From the NCBI RefSeq assembly GCF_964188315.1, contig NC_135667.1:11346001-11410000 (forward strand): a stretch of DNA of 64,000 nt. Direction: 5' to 3'. Position numbers and translations under genes: made by a program. This stretch comes from Podarcis muralis (Eukaryota). Positions 1-12,249 of this stretch are shown here, piece by piece. Every line of letters begins with the position of its first letter. Position 1 is the first letter of the stretch. A model generated the notes under the pieces. The model searched no databases, was not told where the DNA came from, and was given only the letters and a program-made list of their open reading frames with translations.

Positions 1-311
1 GCTCAGCTGCAATAATGATGATAATGAAATACATTAGCAATGGAAACATCCCTGAATGCAGATTTTACAACTTGAGACCCTTGTCTCCAGAGAGAGGCTA
101 ACTCAGTCAAATATAGATACGTAAATTTGGGATGAGTAAAACAATAGCATGTCATGGGGCAGGCCTACCTATGCATCAACACCCCTCCTCGTTGCATCAC
201 AAACATGCCCACTTCTGGTACCCAAAATCCTATAGAGAAGTTCAGATTTTAGCCTTGTTGGTCACTATTCCTATTTCTGGGTACTGGGTCCAGCACATCC
301 TTTTTCTTTCT

Positions 312-724
312 TTTCCGAGCACAATTCAAAGTGTTGGTGCTGACCTTTAAAGCCCTAAACGGCCTCGGTCCAGTATACCTGAAGGAGCGTCTCCACCCCC
401 ATCATTCTGCCTGGACGCTGAGGTCCAGCGCTGAGGGCCTTCTGGCGGTTCCCTCATTGCGAGAAGCAAAGCTACAGGGAACCAGGCAGAGGGCCTTCTC
501 GGTAGTGGCGCCCGCCCTGTGGAACGCCCTTCCAGCAGATGTCAAAGCGATAAACAACTACCTGACATTCAGAAGACATCTTAAGGCAGCCCTGTTCAGG
601 GAAGTTTTTAACGTGTGATATTTTACTGTATTTTTGGTTTTTATGGAAGCTGCCCAGAGTGGCTGGGGAGGCCCAGCCATATGGGCGGGGTATAAATAAT
701 AAATTATTATTATTATTATCATTA
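312..724 (+). mobile_element. L2-clade LINE, 5'-truncated 3' fragment (ORF2 C-terminus, 3' UTR, (TTA)n tail)
   Basis: ORF 331-618 reads LTFKALNGLGPVYL...RAFSVVAPALWNALP...FRRHLKAALF, typical of the L2 ORF2 C-terminus; nearly identical to 6570-6697; ends in (TTA)n at ~700-724. Confidence 0.85.
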
Positions 725-955
725 TTTCTTTTTCTTTTTATTATTATTAAAGATTTCTTAGTTTACAAAAGTATGTGCAAATTCTCTTTTTCAAATTACA
801 TTTTCTACAGGTCATTTCATTTGTTGAGACTTTAGTGTTAAATTAGGAAGAAAAAAAAAGGGAGGGGGGAGAAAGGTGGAGGGGACCATGGAGGGTGGGG
901 TTGGGGTTGGGTGGCAATGTTTCTCTTCTGCTTAATGTATGTGTGGGTTTTGTGT
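725..955 (-). mobile_element. Probable L1/Tx1-type 3' UTR fragment with A-rich tail
   Basis: The minus strand has a C-rich tract, a T run, then ...ctttaataataataaaaagaaaaag (AATAAA plus A-rich tail). No coding sequence confirms the family. Confidence 0.35.
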
Positions 956-3900
956 TAAAACACCCGCCCACCCCACTCACTCATGAAAACAACGCTCACC
1001 ACAGCCAATCACAAACGAGCAACCACAACCTAGGCCAACCCCAACCTCTATCACCACCACAGGAACACAAGCGAATAGCAAGAGAACCTACACGAACGAC
1101 GCTGACACAAAAGTCCAGCACATCCTTACGCCCACACAGCTGCAGCAGTTGCTCTAGTCAGTGGTTGGATAGGTAAACTCCGCATTGATCACTATCTTCT
1201 TGGGGGCAGAGCTGGCCCAAGACATTTTGGTGTCTGAGGTAAGCCACAAAACGGCATCCCCATCCTCTCCTGGCAAGAAGGAATGAGTGAAGATCTCCAT
1301 CAGGAACAAGTGGGTAATAAAGATCTGCATTGGGATCTGCTGCCCCTGTGGATCTTGCCGCCAGAGGTGGTTGCCTCACCTTGTCTCATGGGAGGGCCAG
1401 CCCTGCTTGGGAATCATGCAACACACTGTTATCTTCTATCCCTTTATTTTCCCCTTGTGGTGTAGGAACCTATTACTATGAGTTTGAATGCATGAGGATA
1501 TTACTTTAAATGCACCCATAGTTCTATATATTCTGCACCATACTAATCAATCTATTATTAAAAGATCATTTATTCTTTTGTAATAAACCAACTCAGTGGG
1601 GAACAGTCCAATTTGTGAGAGCTTATTTTTGGGCATGAGATAATTTGGGCCTATTCTCAGAGATGCGTCCAGTTGACTCTAGTAAAAGATCTCACAAGCG
1701 AGTTTGTTTTAGGGTTTAGGTAGGTTGCACACACACATGGGGATTTACACTTTTAGGACCTCATGTTCCTACATTGATACCAACAACATAAGTGAAACTA
1801 CAAACATCTCTGTTGATTACATATTTCTCTCTATCAGCTGCTCTCTATTGTTGAATTCAGGCCTTTCCAAAATAATGTAACTTTGTAAATTTAGTTTTTT
1901 AAATTCATATATCACTTAGTCAAAAAAATACTATAATACATATATTTTCTCTACTTCTCATTCATATCAGCTATCTAATCAGAATAGCTATAGAATAATG
2001 TTGATGTTTCTCTTTCTCTTTCGGAGTTTCAGTTTCTTGAGTTGAAGCTCATGTTTCCCTCATTTGGTCAGAATGGGCTGCAAAAATAACATGCAACCAT
2101 TTTGCAGTCCAGAAAAAAAGACAAAACTGCTGAAATAGTTTCATTTATTCTCATTTTTTGACGTTTCACTGTAGAATACAAAGAAAAACACCATGGGACC
2201 TCAAATTCTAATATTATTTATATCTTTCTTTGTATTAGATGTTCTCTGGTGTTCAGCTCAGGCCTCACTACAATAATGTAGCATTTGGGGAAAAAGATGC
2301 AAGCCAGTAATCCAGCACTAGAAGCCAAGATGGAGAAAATCTCCGCAGCCACCATGTATTTTCCTCTGATGCTCAGGTAAGTTGGAATAAAGGAGATCCA
2401 AACACTGCAGAAAACCAGCATGCTGAAGGTGATAAACTTGGCTTCATTGAAGCTGTCCGGCAATTTCCTGGCTAAGAAAGCCACAGCGAAGCTGAGAATG
2501 GCCAGAAAGCCCATGTAGCCCAAAACACAATAGAACATGAGGACTGACCCTTCATTACATAAGAATATAATTTCTTCACTCATTGATTGCATGTCCAAAT
2601 CTGGGAAAGGGGGAAAAGTTGTCAGCCAAAGACCACAAAGCCCTACTTGAATTTTAGAGCAGGAGAGGACAATGGAATAAGCCAGTTTTTTGCCTATCCA
2701 CTTCCTGATTGTGGATCCTGGCTTGGTAGCCATGAATGCCAAAACCACTGATATGGTTTTGGCCAAGATACTGGAGAGGGCCACAGAGAAGACGATGCCA
2801 AAACTTGTTTGCCGGAGTGGGCAGGTTGCCTCCTTAGGTGTTCCAATGAACATCAAGGAGCAGAGGAAACACAAGAGGAGGGACACAAGGAGAATGTAAG
2901 TGAGGCTTCTGTTATTGGCTTTGACGATGGCAGTGTCCCGGTGTTTAATGAAGATGCCAAACACTAGAGCTGTGATCAGAGACAACAGTAGTGCCGAGAA
3001 AGTTGAAATGATGGCCAAAGTTTCATCAAAGCCAAGAAAGTTTGGCATTTTAGGAATGCAATTATCCTGGTCTTGGTTAGGATACTTATTTGCTGGGCAA
3101 CTGATACATGTTCCCATGTCTGAAAAGACAAATGATTAGGAGAATTTGAAACTATGAAGAAAATTCTTAAGAATTTTTGTCATCAGGAGTTCACCTAGCT
3201 AATGTTCTTTACCGGTGTAGCTTTCAAAACTTCTAGCCCAAAGACTTTTGTCTGAGATATTTCAAAATTAATCTCAAATCTATATCAAATCTGGAATTTC
3301 TACATAGAATACATCTCTATGTGTTAGTGGTCCTCCTCCTCTTTCTTAGAATCACAAGCTGTTATAGTGAAATGAGAGCATTATCACAGCTAAAATCTTC
3401 TGAACTGAGAGAGGTCCACTGAATGAGACCTTCACTCTCTCCCCAAACTGCCTCCTTCTTAGAGAAGTGACCACCACTTCTATTCCATTGTAATTTAGTA
3501 GAATTTCCATGTAAAATGTATTACCTCCCTTTCTTCAGGATGTTTTAAAGATTATATTGCAAACAATGAGGACAATACAGACATCAAAATTTTAATCCTT
3601 TTGCCTCCATACTTTTAGTGACAACAAAAATTTAAGGACTTAAGAGTTGGCTAAATAAATGGTGTAGTTTGGTCTTAGCATGACATTTCTCACCCTTTTC
3701 ACTTGAGTATGTCCCGCTGGGACATGGATCACAATCATAGCAACAGAATTTACTTGTCTCCTTTTTTTTCTTCCCGTAACCAGGACGTCAGTTGTCATTA
3801 CATACTGACAGGGGTGGCACCTATCCAAATATATAGGAATAATTTAGTTTTTAATAAAATATTTTATGGGACTTAATCTAACACCAGGGGTCTATCAGCA

Positions 3901-3990
3901 AAAGGAGAGATTGATAACATGAAACATAAGATCCATATGTGCACAGGTGGCACATGGAATAGGATAAAAAGCTGTTGTTAAGCATCATAC

Positions 3991-4663
3991 GAGCCCAATA
4001 TGATTTGAGTATACATATTTGGCATAGCTATACATACAACTTTATTAGAATTCAATAAACTGGCTATGCCAGTTTTAGGAACCACAGCTGTTTCCTTCAG
4101 GAATGTCACTTGGTGTCCTTATGATGCAAATCAAGAATTTGGGAATTGGAGGTACTATAGTATAAGGGTTCTGCTCGTACCTGCAGGGTTGTTACTAGGA
4201 AGTAATACTAGGAGGGTATTGCTTAGTTGCATGTCTTTGGGGCTGTGTTGGCCCACAAGGTTTCAGGTTCAGTCATCTTTATGATTCAACATTTATATGG
4301 AATAGCGGCTATCTTCTAGGAATCTGGAGCACAGTGTCACAAGTATACTGATAACCTGCATCTCTATCTTGGCTTTCTGTAGGAATTAGGAGAAGCAGTG
4401 AAGGTGTGGAACTGCTGTCTGAAGGTTGTGTTGGATAGGATGGTGGCTGAATCCAAAGTCCAAAGTGCTTTGGGTGAGTGTTTTCTGTGTCTCAGAATTA
4501 TGTGAAGGATCTCTTCTGGGAGGGATGGCACTAAATCTGAAGGAAGAAGTTTATAGGTTGGAACTACTTTGAGATTCCAACTCATCACTAAGGTCTCAAG
4601 TGGCTTCTGTGGCTGGGCTGCTTATGCCCATCTTAGGTTTATACACTAGCTGCAGCTATGCCT
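3991..4663 (+). mobile_element. Degraded insertion in gene A intron 4, partly L2-like
   Basis: Flanked by direct repeat agcatcatac (3981-3990 and 4664-4673); gene B has one copy at ~17842. Internal tatactgataacctgcatctctat resembles the L2 RT YADDxQLY motif. Confidence 0.5.
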
Positions 4664-6111
4664 AGCATCATACAAAATCCAGGATATTATAATGTTCATT
4701 TTAAGCCCAAGCAATGCTGCAACCATCGTAGGATTCTATTAGATTCCACAAAGTGGAGATCTCCCTCTGGGACTTCACATAAAAGAATGCCTGACAACAG
4801 TATCTGATAGCCGTTGGTCCTTAATGTGAGATGTCTTCTGAGCATGTTGCTCTTTTTCGTATTGTGTCTCATATGTTTGTTTAGTGTTAGACCTTACAGT
4901 ATTCCTTAAAGTATATTGCTTACTGCTTGTTGGCTTACCAATATACAATAAATAGAAAGACAATATCCCCATATTATTCAATATAATATCTAATTCAAAG
5001 CAAAGTGCAATCAACCTCAGCTGGGCAACAAGTAGGCTCTTTTAAACTAACCTGCAAGCATGTTCCCACAAGTAAAGCCAATTGTTCAAATAGAGATTCT
5101 CTCCATTAAAATACTATCCATCTAGATAGGAATTTCCTCTTCTTCAAGACTAATTTTCTCTCCCAGTAAAATTCACATTTAATCAGGTGCTAAGTGAAAA
5201 AAGCCTCCAGGTTTCCATTGCATCCCATTTTATTTGGATAACCATGAATATTGGCATTTGAGCAATTTATTTCCTCACCTGAGTCAATCCCCTGTGCCAC
5301 TTAATCTGTCCATCATTAATGGTGAGCTCTTTCCCTGGAGGGGCCTGAGGATCCAGCCTTCCCACTTTGACCCTGATGTAGGATCTATTTGGGAAAGTGA
5401 TCAAATTTGTAATATCATAACCAGCTGCTAATTCTCCACGTTCATTTAATGTAATTTCATCACCAACAGAGTTGTTGAATGAGATCTTCTGTAGGAATGA
5501 GTGGAGCTAGGTGGAAAGAGAATCAAAAGGTCTATAAAGTATTATAACGTTCTGATTAAGATTGTTGAATAGCTTTTCTAGATGCATTCAAGATCTTTAT
5601 AACTAAGGGTTATAAAGTTTTAATTCAAAGTATAGTTTATGGTAGTGTAGAATTGGTAGAACCATTCTTCTGCAAATGAAGGAATTTATACCACACACAC
5701 CACACATGGAGGAAAAGTTACATGCTGTCATGTCAAAAGACTTCTTTTATGCCCCCTTTCCATTTCACTTTTTCATCAGTACTGTGTGATGATATGTTCT
5801 TGCATAATTGGGACCGGTCAGGGAAATATTAGAATCTTTGCAATTGCTTCTCCTTGCCAATATCTCACTTCTAAGAGGAAGATGGTCTAAGGATCATATT
5901 TGGAGTGGACATGACAACTGAGGGGTTTAAAAAAGTTAATGTTATGACAAAACCTCCCAATGATTTATGTTCTGCTTAATGAGCATAGCCTGCAACTCAG
6001 TAGGCATCTTCTTTTAGATTTGAGGGGGCCATTCAAAAGTCTCCATTACAGAAATCAGGTAGGATATGTTGAAGGAAATTCTTTGTAAGCAGGTATTTCT
6101 GTCACTTCCTG

Positions 6112-6697
6112 GCAGTTGGAGGATGGATGGCAGCTAATGGATTGAGGTTGAATCCCGACAAGACAGAAGTACTGTTTTTGGGAGACAGGAAGCAGGCTGG
6201 TGTGCAGGACTCCCTGGTCCTGAATGGGGCAACTGTGCCCCTGAAGGACCAGGTGTGCAGCCTGGGAGTCATTTTGGACTCACAGCTGTCCATGGAGGTG
6301 CAGATCAATTCTGTATCCAGGGCAGCTGTCTACCAGCTCCACCTGGTACAGAGGCTGAGAGCCTACCTGCCCGTGGACTGTCTTGCCAGAGTGGTACATG
6401 CTCTAGTTATCTCCCGCTTGGACTACTGAAATGCGCTCTATGTGGGGCTACCTTTGAAGGTGACCCAGAAACTACAACTAATCCAGAATGCGGCAACTAG
6501 ACTGGTGACTGGGGGCCTCCACCGAGACCACATAACACCGGTCTTGAAAGACCTACATTGGCTCCCAGTACGTTTCCGAGCACAATTCATAGTGTTGGTG
6601 TTGACCTTTAAAGCCCTAAATGGCCTCGGCCCAGTATACCTGAAGGAGCGTCTCCACTCCCATCGTTCTGCCCGGACGCTGAGGTCCAGCGCTGAGG
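6112..6697 (+). mobile_element. L2-clade LINE internal ORF2 fragment lacking both ends
   Basis: ORFs 6127-6429 (WMAANGLRLNPDKTEVL...LGVILDSQLSME...HALVISRLDY) and 6442-6720 (LQLIQNAATRLV...LHWLPVRFR..FKALNGLGP) match L2 RT C-terminal motifs. Confidence 0.88.
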
Positions 6698-6743
6698 TTT
6701 TGAACAATCTCTCTGGATGACAATAATTAAGCCCACTATTCTT

Positions 6744-7093
6744 GAGACTCTTGAGAGTCCCATAGACTGCAAGAAGATCAAACCTACCCATTCTTAAGGA
6801 AATCAGCCCTGAGTGCTCACTGGAAGGACAGATCCTGAAGCTGAGGCTCCAATACTTTGGCCACCTCATGAGAAGAGAAGACTCCCTGGAAAAGACTCTG
6901 ATGTTGGGAAAGATTGAGGGCACAAGTAGAAGGGGATGATAGAGGACAAGATGGTTGGACAGTGTTCTCGAAGCTAGGAACATGAGTTTGACCAAACTGC
7001 AGAAGGCAGTGGAAGACAGGAGTGCCTGGAGTGCTCTGGTCCATGGGGTCACAAAGAATCGGACACGACTAAACGACTAAACAACAACAACAA
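6744..7093 (+). mobile_element. Bov-B (RTE clade) LINE 3' fragment with (CAA)n tail
   Basis: gagactcttgagagtcc...ggtccatggggtcacaaagaatcggacacgactaaacgactaaacaacaacaac is the recognisable Bov-B 3' end; absent from the matching intron of gene B. Confidence 0.9.
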
Positions 7094-7240
7094 ACGAATT
7101 TATTGAGAAGCTTCAGTTTGTTATTCTAGGATGCGCCTCCTACCCCATATTACTTTTTTTTTAAAGGTATATTGGGAACTTAGAGATACTTTTTCAATAT
7201 TGACAGTTTGAATAATTAGTTATATCTAGTGCAATGCGAA

Positions 7241-7604
7241 CAGGGACGCGGGTGGCGCTGTGGGTAAAAGCCTCAGCACCTAGGGCTTGCCGATCGAAAG
7301 GTCGGCGGTTCGAATCCCCGCGGCGGGGTGCGCTCCCGTTGCTCGGTCCCAGCGCCTGCCAACCTAGCAGTTCGAAAGCACCCCCGGGTGCAAGTAGATA
7401 AATAGGGACCGCTTTCTAGCGGGAAGGTAAACGGCGTTTCCGTGTGCGGCTCTGGCTCGCCAGAGCAGCGATGTCACGCTGGCCACGTGACCCGGAAGTG
7501 TCTTCGGACAGCGCTGGCCCCCGGCCTCTTGAGTGAGATGGGCGCACAACCCCAGAGTCTGGCAAGACTGGCCCGTACGGGCAGGGGTACCTTTACCTTT
7601 ACCT
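7241..7604 (+). mobile_element. Sauria SINE (Squam1), full length
   Basis: tRNA-derived head with A box (tggcgctgtgg) and B box (ggttcgaatcc), (ACCTTT)n tail, 14-bp TSD tagtgcaatgcgaa (7227-7240 and 7605-7618); empty site in gene B at ~19893. Confidence 0.93.
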
Positions 7605-10600
7605 TAGTGCAATGCGAAATGACTCTACTGCCTCATTTCACCAATGGCTTCCTTCTCTGCAAATTAAGAGTTGATTTTTCTGATGCTGTTGCTGGTGTTG
7701 GCAGCACAGAGAAGGTTTTTCAAAGTTTGTATGGGTGAGTCAGAAAGTTCTTAAGAAACTCAAAGAGGGAAGGGAATTGCCTATATTATTTCTTATCCTT
7801 ACATAACATCACAAGGTGGCCAAGTGGAGAATGTGTTTGATTTTAATTTGCTTTCTCTTTTTAGCTTATGGCATCCCTATACTTTGCATACAATCAAAAG
7901 GTAGGAAAAGTAAAAAGAAGACAGGCACACCTTCCTAGCAAATATATTTAAACAATTATGCCACATCCAACCAAACCTGGTTTGGATTTCTGTTACTACC
8001 CACCCCATGGTTACTATGCACCCCAAAGCTATAAAAATTGTCTAATTAAATGTCATTTGAAATATTGGAAAACACTACTACTATCAAGGCAGTGCACAAT
8101 AGAGAACACTTTGTAAACCAAACTTTTTTTTTTATAGCAAACACTACCTTCCAAGGCTCTATATTCTGAGGAGATCGTCTCCCTGCAGCCTCCATTCTTC
8201 TGTGGTTGGATGCAGCCAAGTGCCTATGTAAGGCATGTGCCAAAGCAGAGACAGCATTATAGATACTGTAGCTGTGGCTGGTCATGCTCATTTCAAAAAA
8301 TGGCGCAGGAAGGCTCTCCAGCCTTTCCTCTCCAGTACAAGGCTTAGCTTTGTATATTGACTTAGTAGAGTCTGCAAATGAACAATCAAATGCTTGTTCC
8401 CAGAAACCTGTGATGAAGCCATCTCCCTCTTCCCAGGAAGGATTTACATTCTGCAGAAAATATCGGAAGTCATGAATTTCCTTGGAATGAATTGCAAAGG
8501 AGATAGCACCATGGAACATTTGTATATTAACATCAATAAGTTTCTGAAGAACGTATAATATGAAGTCGATTTGAGCTGTGGTAATCCATACTTTCCCTTC
8601 AGGTAAGTTCTTTTTGGACTGGGAAAGTATGAACTCAGTTAACTTCATTATAGTTAGAGCAGTTGACAACCATATAATAGATGCACTTTCTCCATATACA
8701 ACAACTGCATTTGCTTTGCTTGTGATGAAAGTTGGGGACAAAATCCTTGTATCATCCACCATATGAAGTATGTTATCTTTGAAACGCACATGGTATTCAA
8801 CTCTTTCTGTGAATGCTGAACAGATCCCATTTTTGAAAAACATTGGTTCAATGGTATTCAAGAAACGTTCTCCAGCTTCATTAGCTGGAGTGATGAGCCC
8901 AACCCATTTCCATCCAAAATGCAGAAGCAACTGGATAATTCCTTGATACTGAAGAGCTTCTTCAGGAGCCATGTGGTAAAAGGAAGGGAACTTAATGTGA
9001 TCATTCATGGATGCTTCAAATGAACCATATGAAATCTGAAGAATAAAAAAAGAGAACCATTCCAAATGGATGGAACAATTCATAATAAACATATTTATCC
9101 CACATGTCGCAAATTTACTGACCTTGCTCAATTTCCTATATCATATGGAGAGCATTTCTAGTTAACATGTCCTGATCTTATATGATCCACTGATAATATT
9201 TTCCCCAGACCTTATATGATTCCATCTGGTTGCCCCATTTACCACCTTGGCACTTTTGAATCAATCTTCCCTTACACACATTAAGCACACATCCTTTGTG
9301 ATCTTGTCCCTCTCATGCACATTGTTAGAGACCCCCATGCTATAACAACAACAAACCCATACATTTCAGTCCCTTTCACTTGTCCCTGTTATGCCACTCC
9401 ATATTTATGAATCAATAGACTCCTACTGAAAAGAGAGCTAAAGAGTGAATTATGGTGTGAAATCTCAATTATCCAGAATGTTCCTACCTGTGGAATTTTG
9501 TAAAGACCCAAGATGTCTGCCATGCACAAGGTGACCTCAGAGCTCAGTCCTCCAATGACTCCTATTACATTTTCCTGGTAGCCACATTTGTAGTTGGGGA
9601 CAAAGCTATGTGTGTTAAACAGCAGATCCAGAGTGGTGCGGTAGGTCATCTTACAGTTACAGTAGCTGTCATAGATGTGGAACCCAAGAGTGACATTGGG
9701 CAAGACCTTGGGATTCTCATTGATCTCATCTATCGCAAACACCAGGGCAAGGATGTGCTGGAAGAACTTTGATGACACGCTGTGAATAAAGTGGCATCAT
9801 TTCATGGGAAAATAAAATAATGCACATAATCTAGTTTTGAGAGGTACAACTTTCAGACTATTGTGGTATATAAGGACTATAAGGAAAGGCAGCAAAGTTA
9901 GTCATGAAGTAAATATTATTGGAAAGATGGTCTTGTTTTGTTCCTTTAGAATGTTTGGATTCCTCTTTAGCCCAAATCTGTTTTTTTAATACCTCAAACA
10001 CATAGATTCTGAAGAGACCTATAGAGAATGGGTGAGAAATTTTCTTGAATTTAACTTCATTTTTTGCATTTCTGACCACGTTGTTCCTTCCCTGTATTCA
10101 GTTTCATCTATAAACATGTGCTTTGTCATATAGTTATGCTACAGTTTTTGAAATTATTGCTGTATCCCTTTGGCAGTAGCTTTCTCTGGAAATGAAAATT
10201 TGCATTAAATGATAATAAAGCTCATGATAGCTGCCATTTTAAATGCAAAGTACCAGGTTTTCAAGAGAATAAAGATACAGCAATGGAGAGTTTCAGATAT
10301 CATATTTCTACCAAGCATGCCTACTTGTGAGCTAGCAATGATGGTTGTGAAAGGCTCTGATCCCATGTTTACAAAATGCTTTGAAACCCTTCTCCATTAC
10401 TAACTTACCTCTGATTCTTTCCAATGAAAATGGACACAACCATTTGATTCCCCCCCCCCCCCAATTCATCAAGGAAACACAGGCTGGCTTTCACTCGCTA
10501 TGAATCCTCATAACACCCACAGTTTTATCTATGTAAGAAGTTTTAGCTATTTAAGTCTCACCTACCTGTGTTGTTCACTTTTTATCTGCAACTGAAAGTA

Positions 10601-10992
10601 CACTAAGTAAAAGTTATTGGTTCTTTAAACTTTAAAAGAGAATGTCTTGCATTGTTTTTATAGGAGAAAAAAGAGAACGAATTAAAGGATCAAACGACCC
10701 AAGGCTGACTTCTGCATGCTCTGGAAATGGGAACTGGAGTCTAATTCCCACAATTTCACTATGTAGCTTCACCATCTGGCAACTTCATTATGTAGCTTTC
10801 AGCAAATACTGAAGAGGCACCTCTCCAAGAGACACTCTCCAAGATTCCCTATTTTACAGGGATGTCCCTGATTAAGAGAAGCCATCCTCATTTATGATTG
10901 GATCCCGGAATGTCCCAGTTTTCCTTAGAATGTCCCTACTTTCATTGGAGAAATGTTGTTTGTGGGGGAGTATGGAGTTATCCGACCCCCGA

Positions 10993-11132
10993 GCCATCTG
11001 AAGGCAGCCCTGTATAGGGAAGTTTTTAAATGTTTAATGTAATATTATGTCTTTACGGTATATATGTTGAAAGCCACCCAGAATGGCAACCCAATGAGTT
11101 GGGTGGGAAATAAATAGTAAAATTCTTCTTAT
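10993..11132 (+). mobile_element. L2 3' end remnant
   Basis: catctgaaggcagccctgtatagggaagtttttaa matches the L2 3' end at 578-612. Confidence 0.6.
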
Positions 11133-11146
11133 TGTTATTGAATAGG

Positions 11147-11498
11147 TAAAAGGTAAAGGTACCCCTGCCCATACAGGCCAGTCTTGACAGACTCTAGGGT
11201 TGTGCGCCCATCTCACTCTATAGGCTGGGGGCCAGCGCTGTCCGCAGACACTTCCAGGTCACGTGGCCAGCATGACAAGCTGCATCTGGCGAGCCAGCGC
11301 AGCACATGGAACGCCGTTTACCTTCCCACTAGTAAGCGGTCCCTATTTATCTACTTGCACCCAGGGGTGCTTTCGAACTGCTAGGTTGGCAGGCGCTGGG
11401 ACCGAGCAATGGGAGCGCACCCCTCCGCAGGGATTCGAACCGTCGACCTTTCGATCGGCAAGTCCTAGGCGCTGAGGCTTTAACCCACAGCGCCACCC
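11147..11498 (-). mobile_element. Sauria SINE (Squam1)
   Basis: Reverse complement of the 7241 element; 14-bp TSD tgttattgaatagg (11133-11146 and 11499-11512). Confidence 0.93.
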
Positions 11499-11970
11499 TG
11501 TTATTGAATAGGATGTCCCTATTTTCATCAGAGAAATGTGGAAGGAAATGAGTCACTGAGTCCTTGAAAGAATGCTAATAGAAGAACAAATGGCAATTGA
11601 GCAAAAGTAAGTAGAAAATAACTTTAACACCAACCCATGTAAACACACATGCACTACTCAATGTTTATATGGGGGACTGGTAATCACATAATTTTATTTA
11701 ATTCTTCTTTTATAAACCCACTTCATTTATGAATAACTGAGTAACTAAGACCAACATTATGTTTTGCTGCAAAGACCTTTCTGAACAGGGGGGAAGCAAT
11801 CAATTAATAATGATACATGACATGAAATAATACAAGTTTTGCCTAGTGAAATTGATAGGTTCATTTTGTTGTATTTTAGCAGCCAGTTCTTATGCAAGTT
11901 CAGGACATTCTCCATTACCTCTTGGGGGAGCAAATTCCACCGTTTAGTTATTTAGTGTGTGCATAAGTAG

Positions 11971-12220
11971 CCTGCCAACCTAGCAGTTCGAAAGCACCTC
12001 CGGGTGCAAGTAGATAAATAGGGACCGCTTACCAGCGGGAAGGTAAACGGCGTTCTGTGTGCTGCGCTGGCTCGCCAGATGCAGCTTGTCACGCTGGCCA
12101 CGTGACCCGGAAGTGTCTCCAGACAGCGCTGGCCCCCGGCCTCTTGAGTGAGATGGGCGCACAACCCTAGAGTCTGGCAAGACTGGCCCGAACGGGCAGG
12201 GGTACCTTTACCTTTTACCT
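11971..12220 (+). mobile_element. Sauria SINE, 5'-truncated
   Basis: Starts at cctgccaacctagcag and ends in an (ACCTTT)-type tail; TSD ataagtag (11963-11970 and 12221-12228). Confidence 0.9.
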
Positions 12221-12249
12221 ATAAGTAGGTTCTGTTGCTTGTCTTGAAT

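Noticed and set aside
2690-3139. Recurrent plus-strand ORFs ([11 protein letters not shown]..., MRLLLLALT...) at 2690, 16550, 32408, 44911 and 55678
   Set aside because: They are antisense shadows of the conserved V2R 7TM exon and recur only because that exon is duplicated.
7243-7325. tRNA-like A/B boxes here and at 29373
   Set aside because: These are SINE heads attached to SINE bodies and tails, not tRNA genes.
7364-7738. Similar short ORFs at 7364, 11184, 11952, 54202 and 61833
   Set aside because: All are translations of Sauria SINE sequence.
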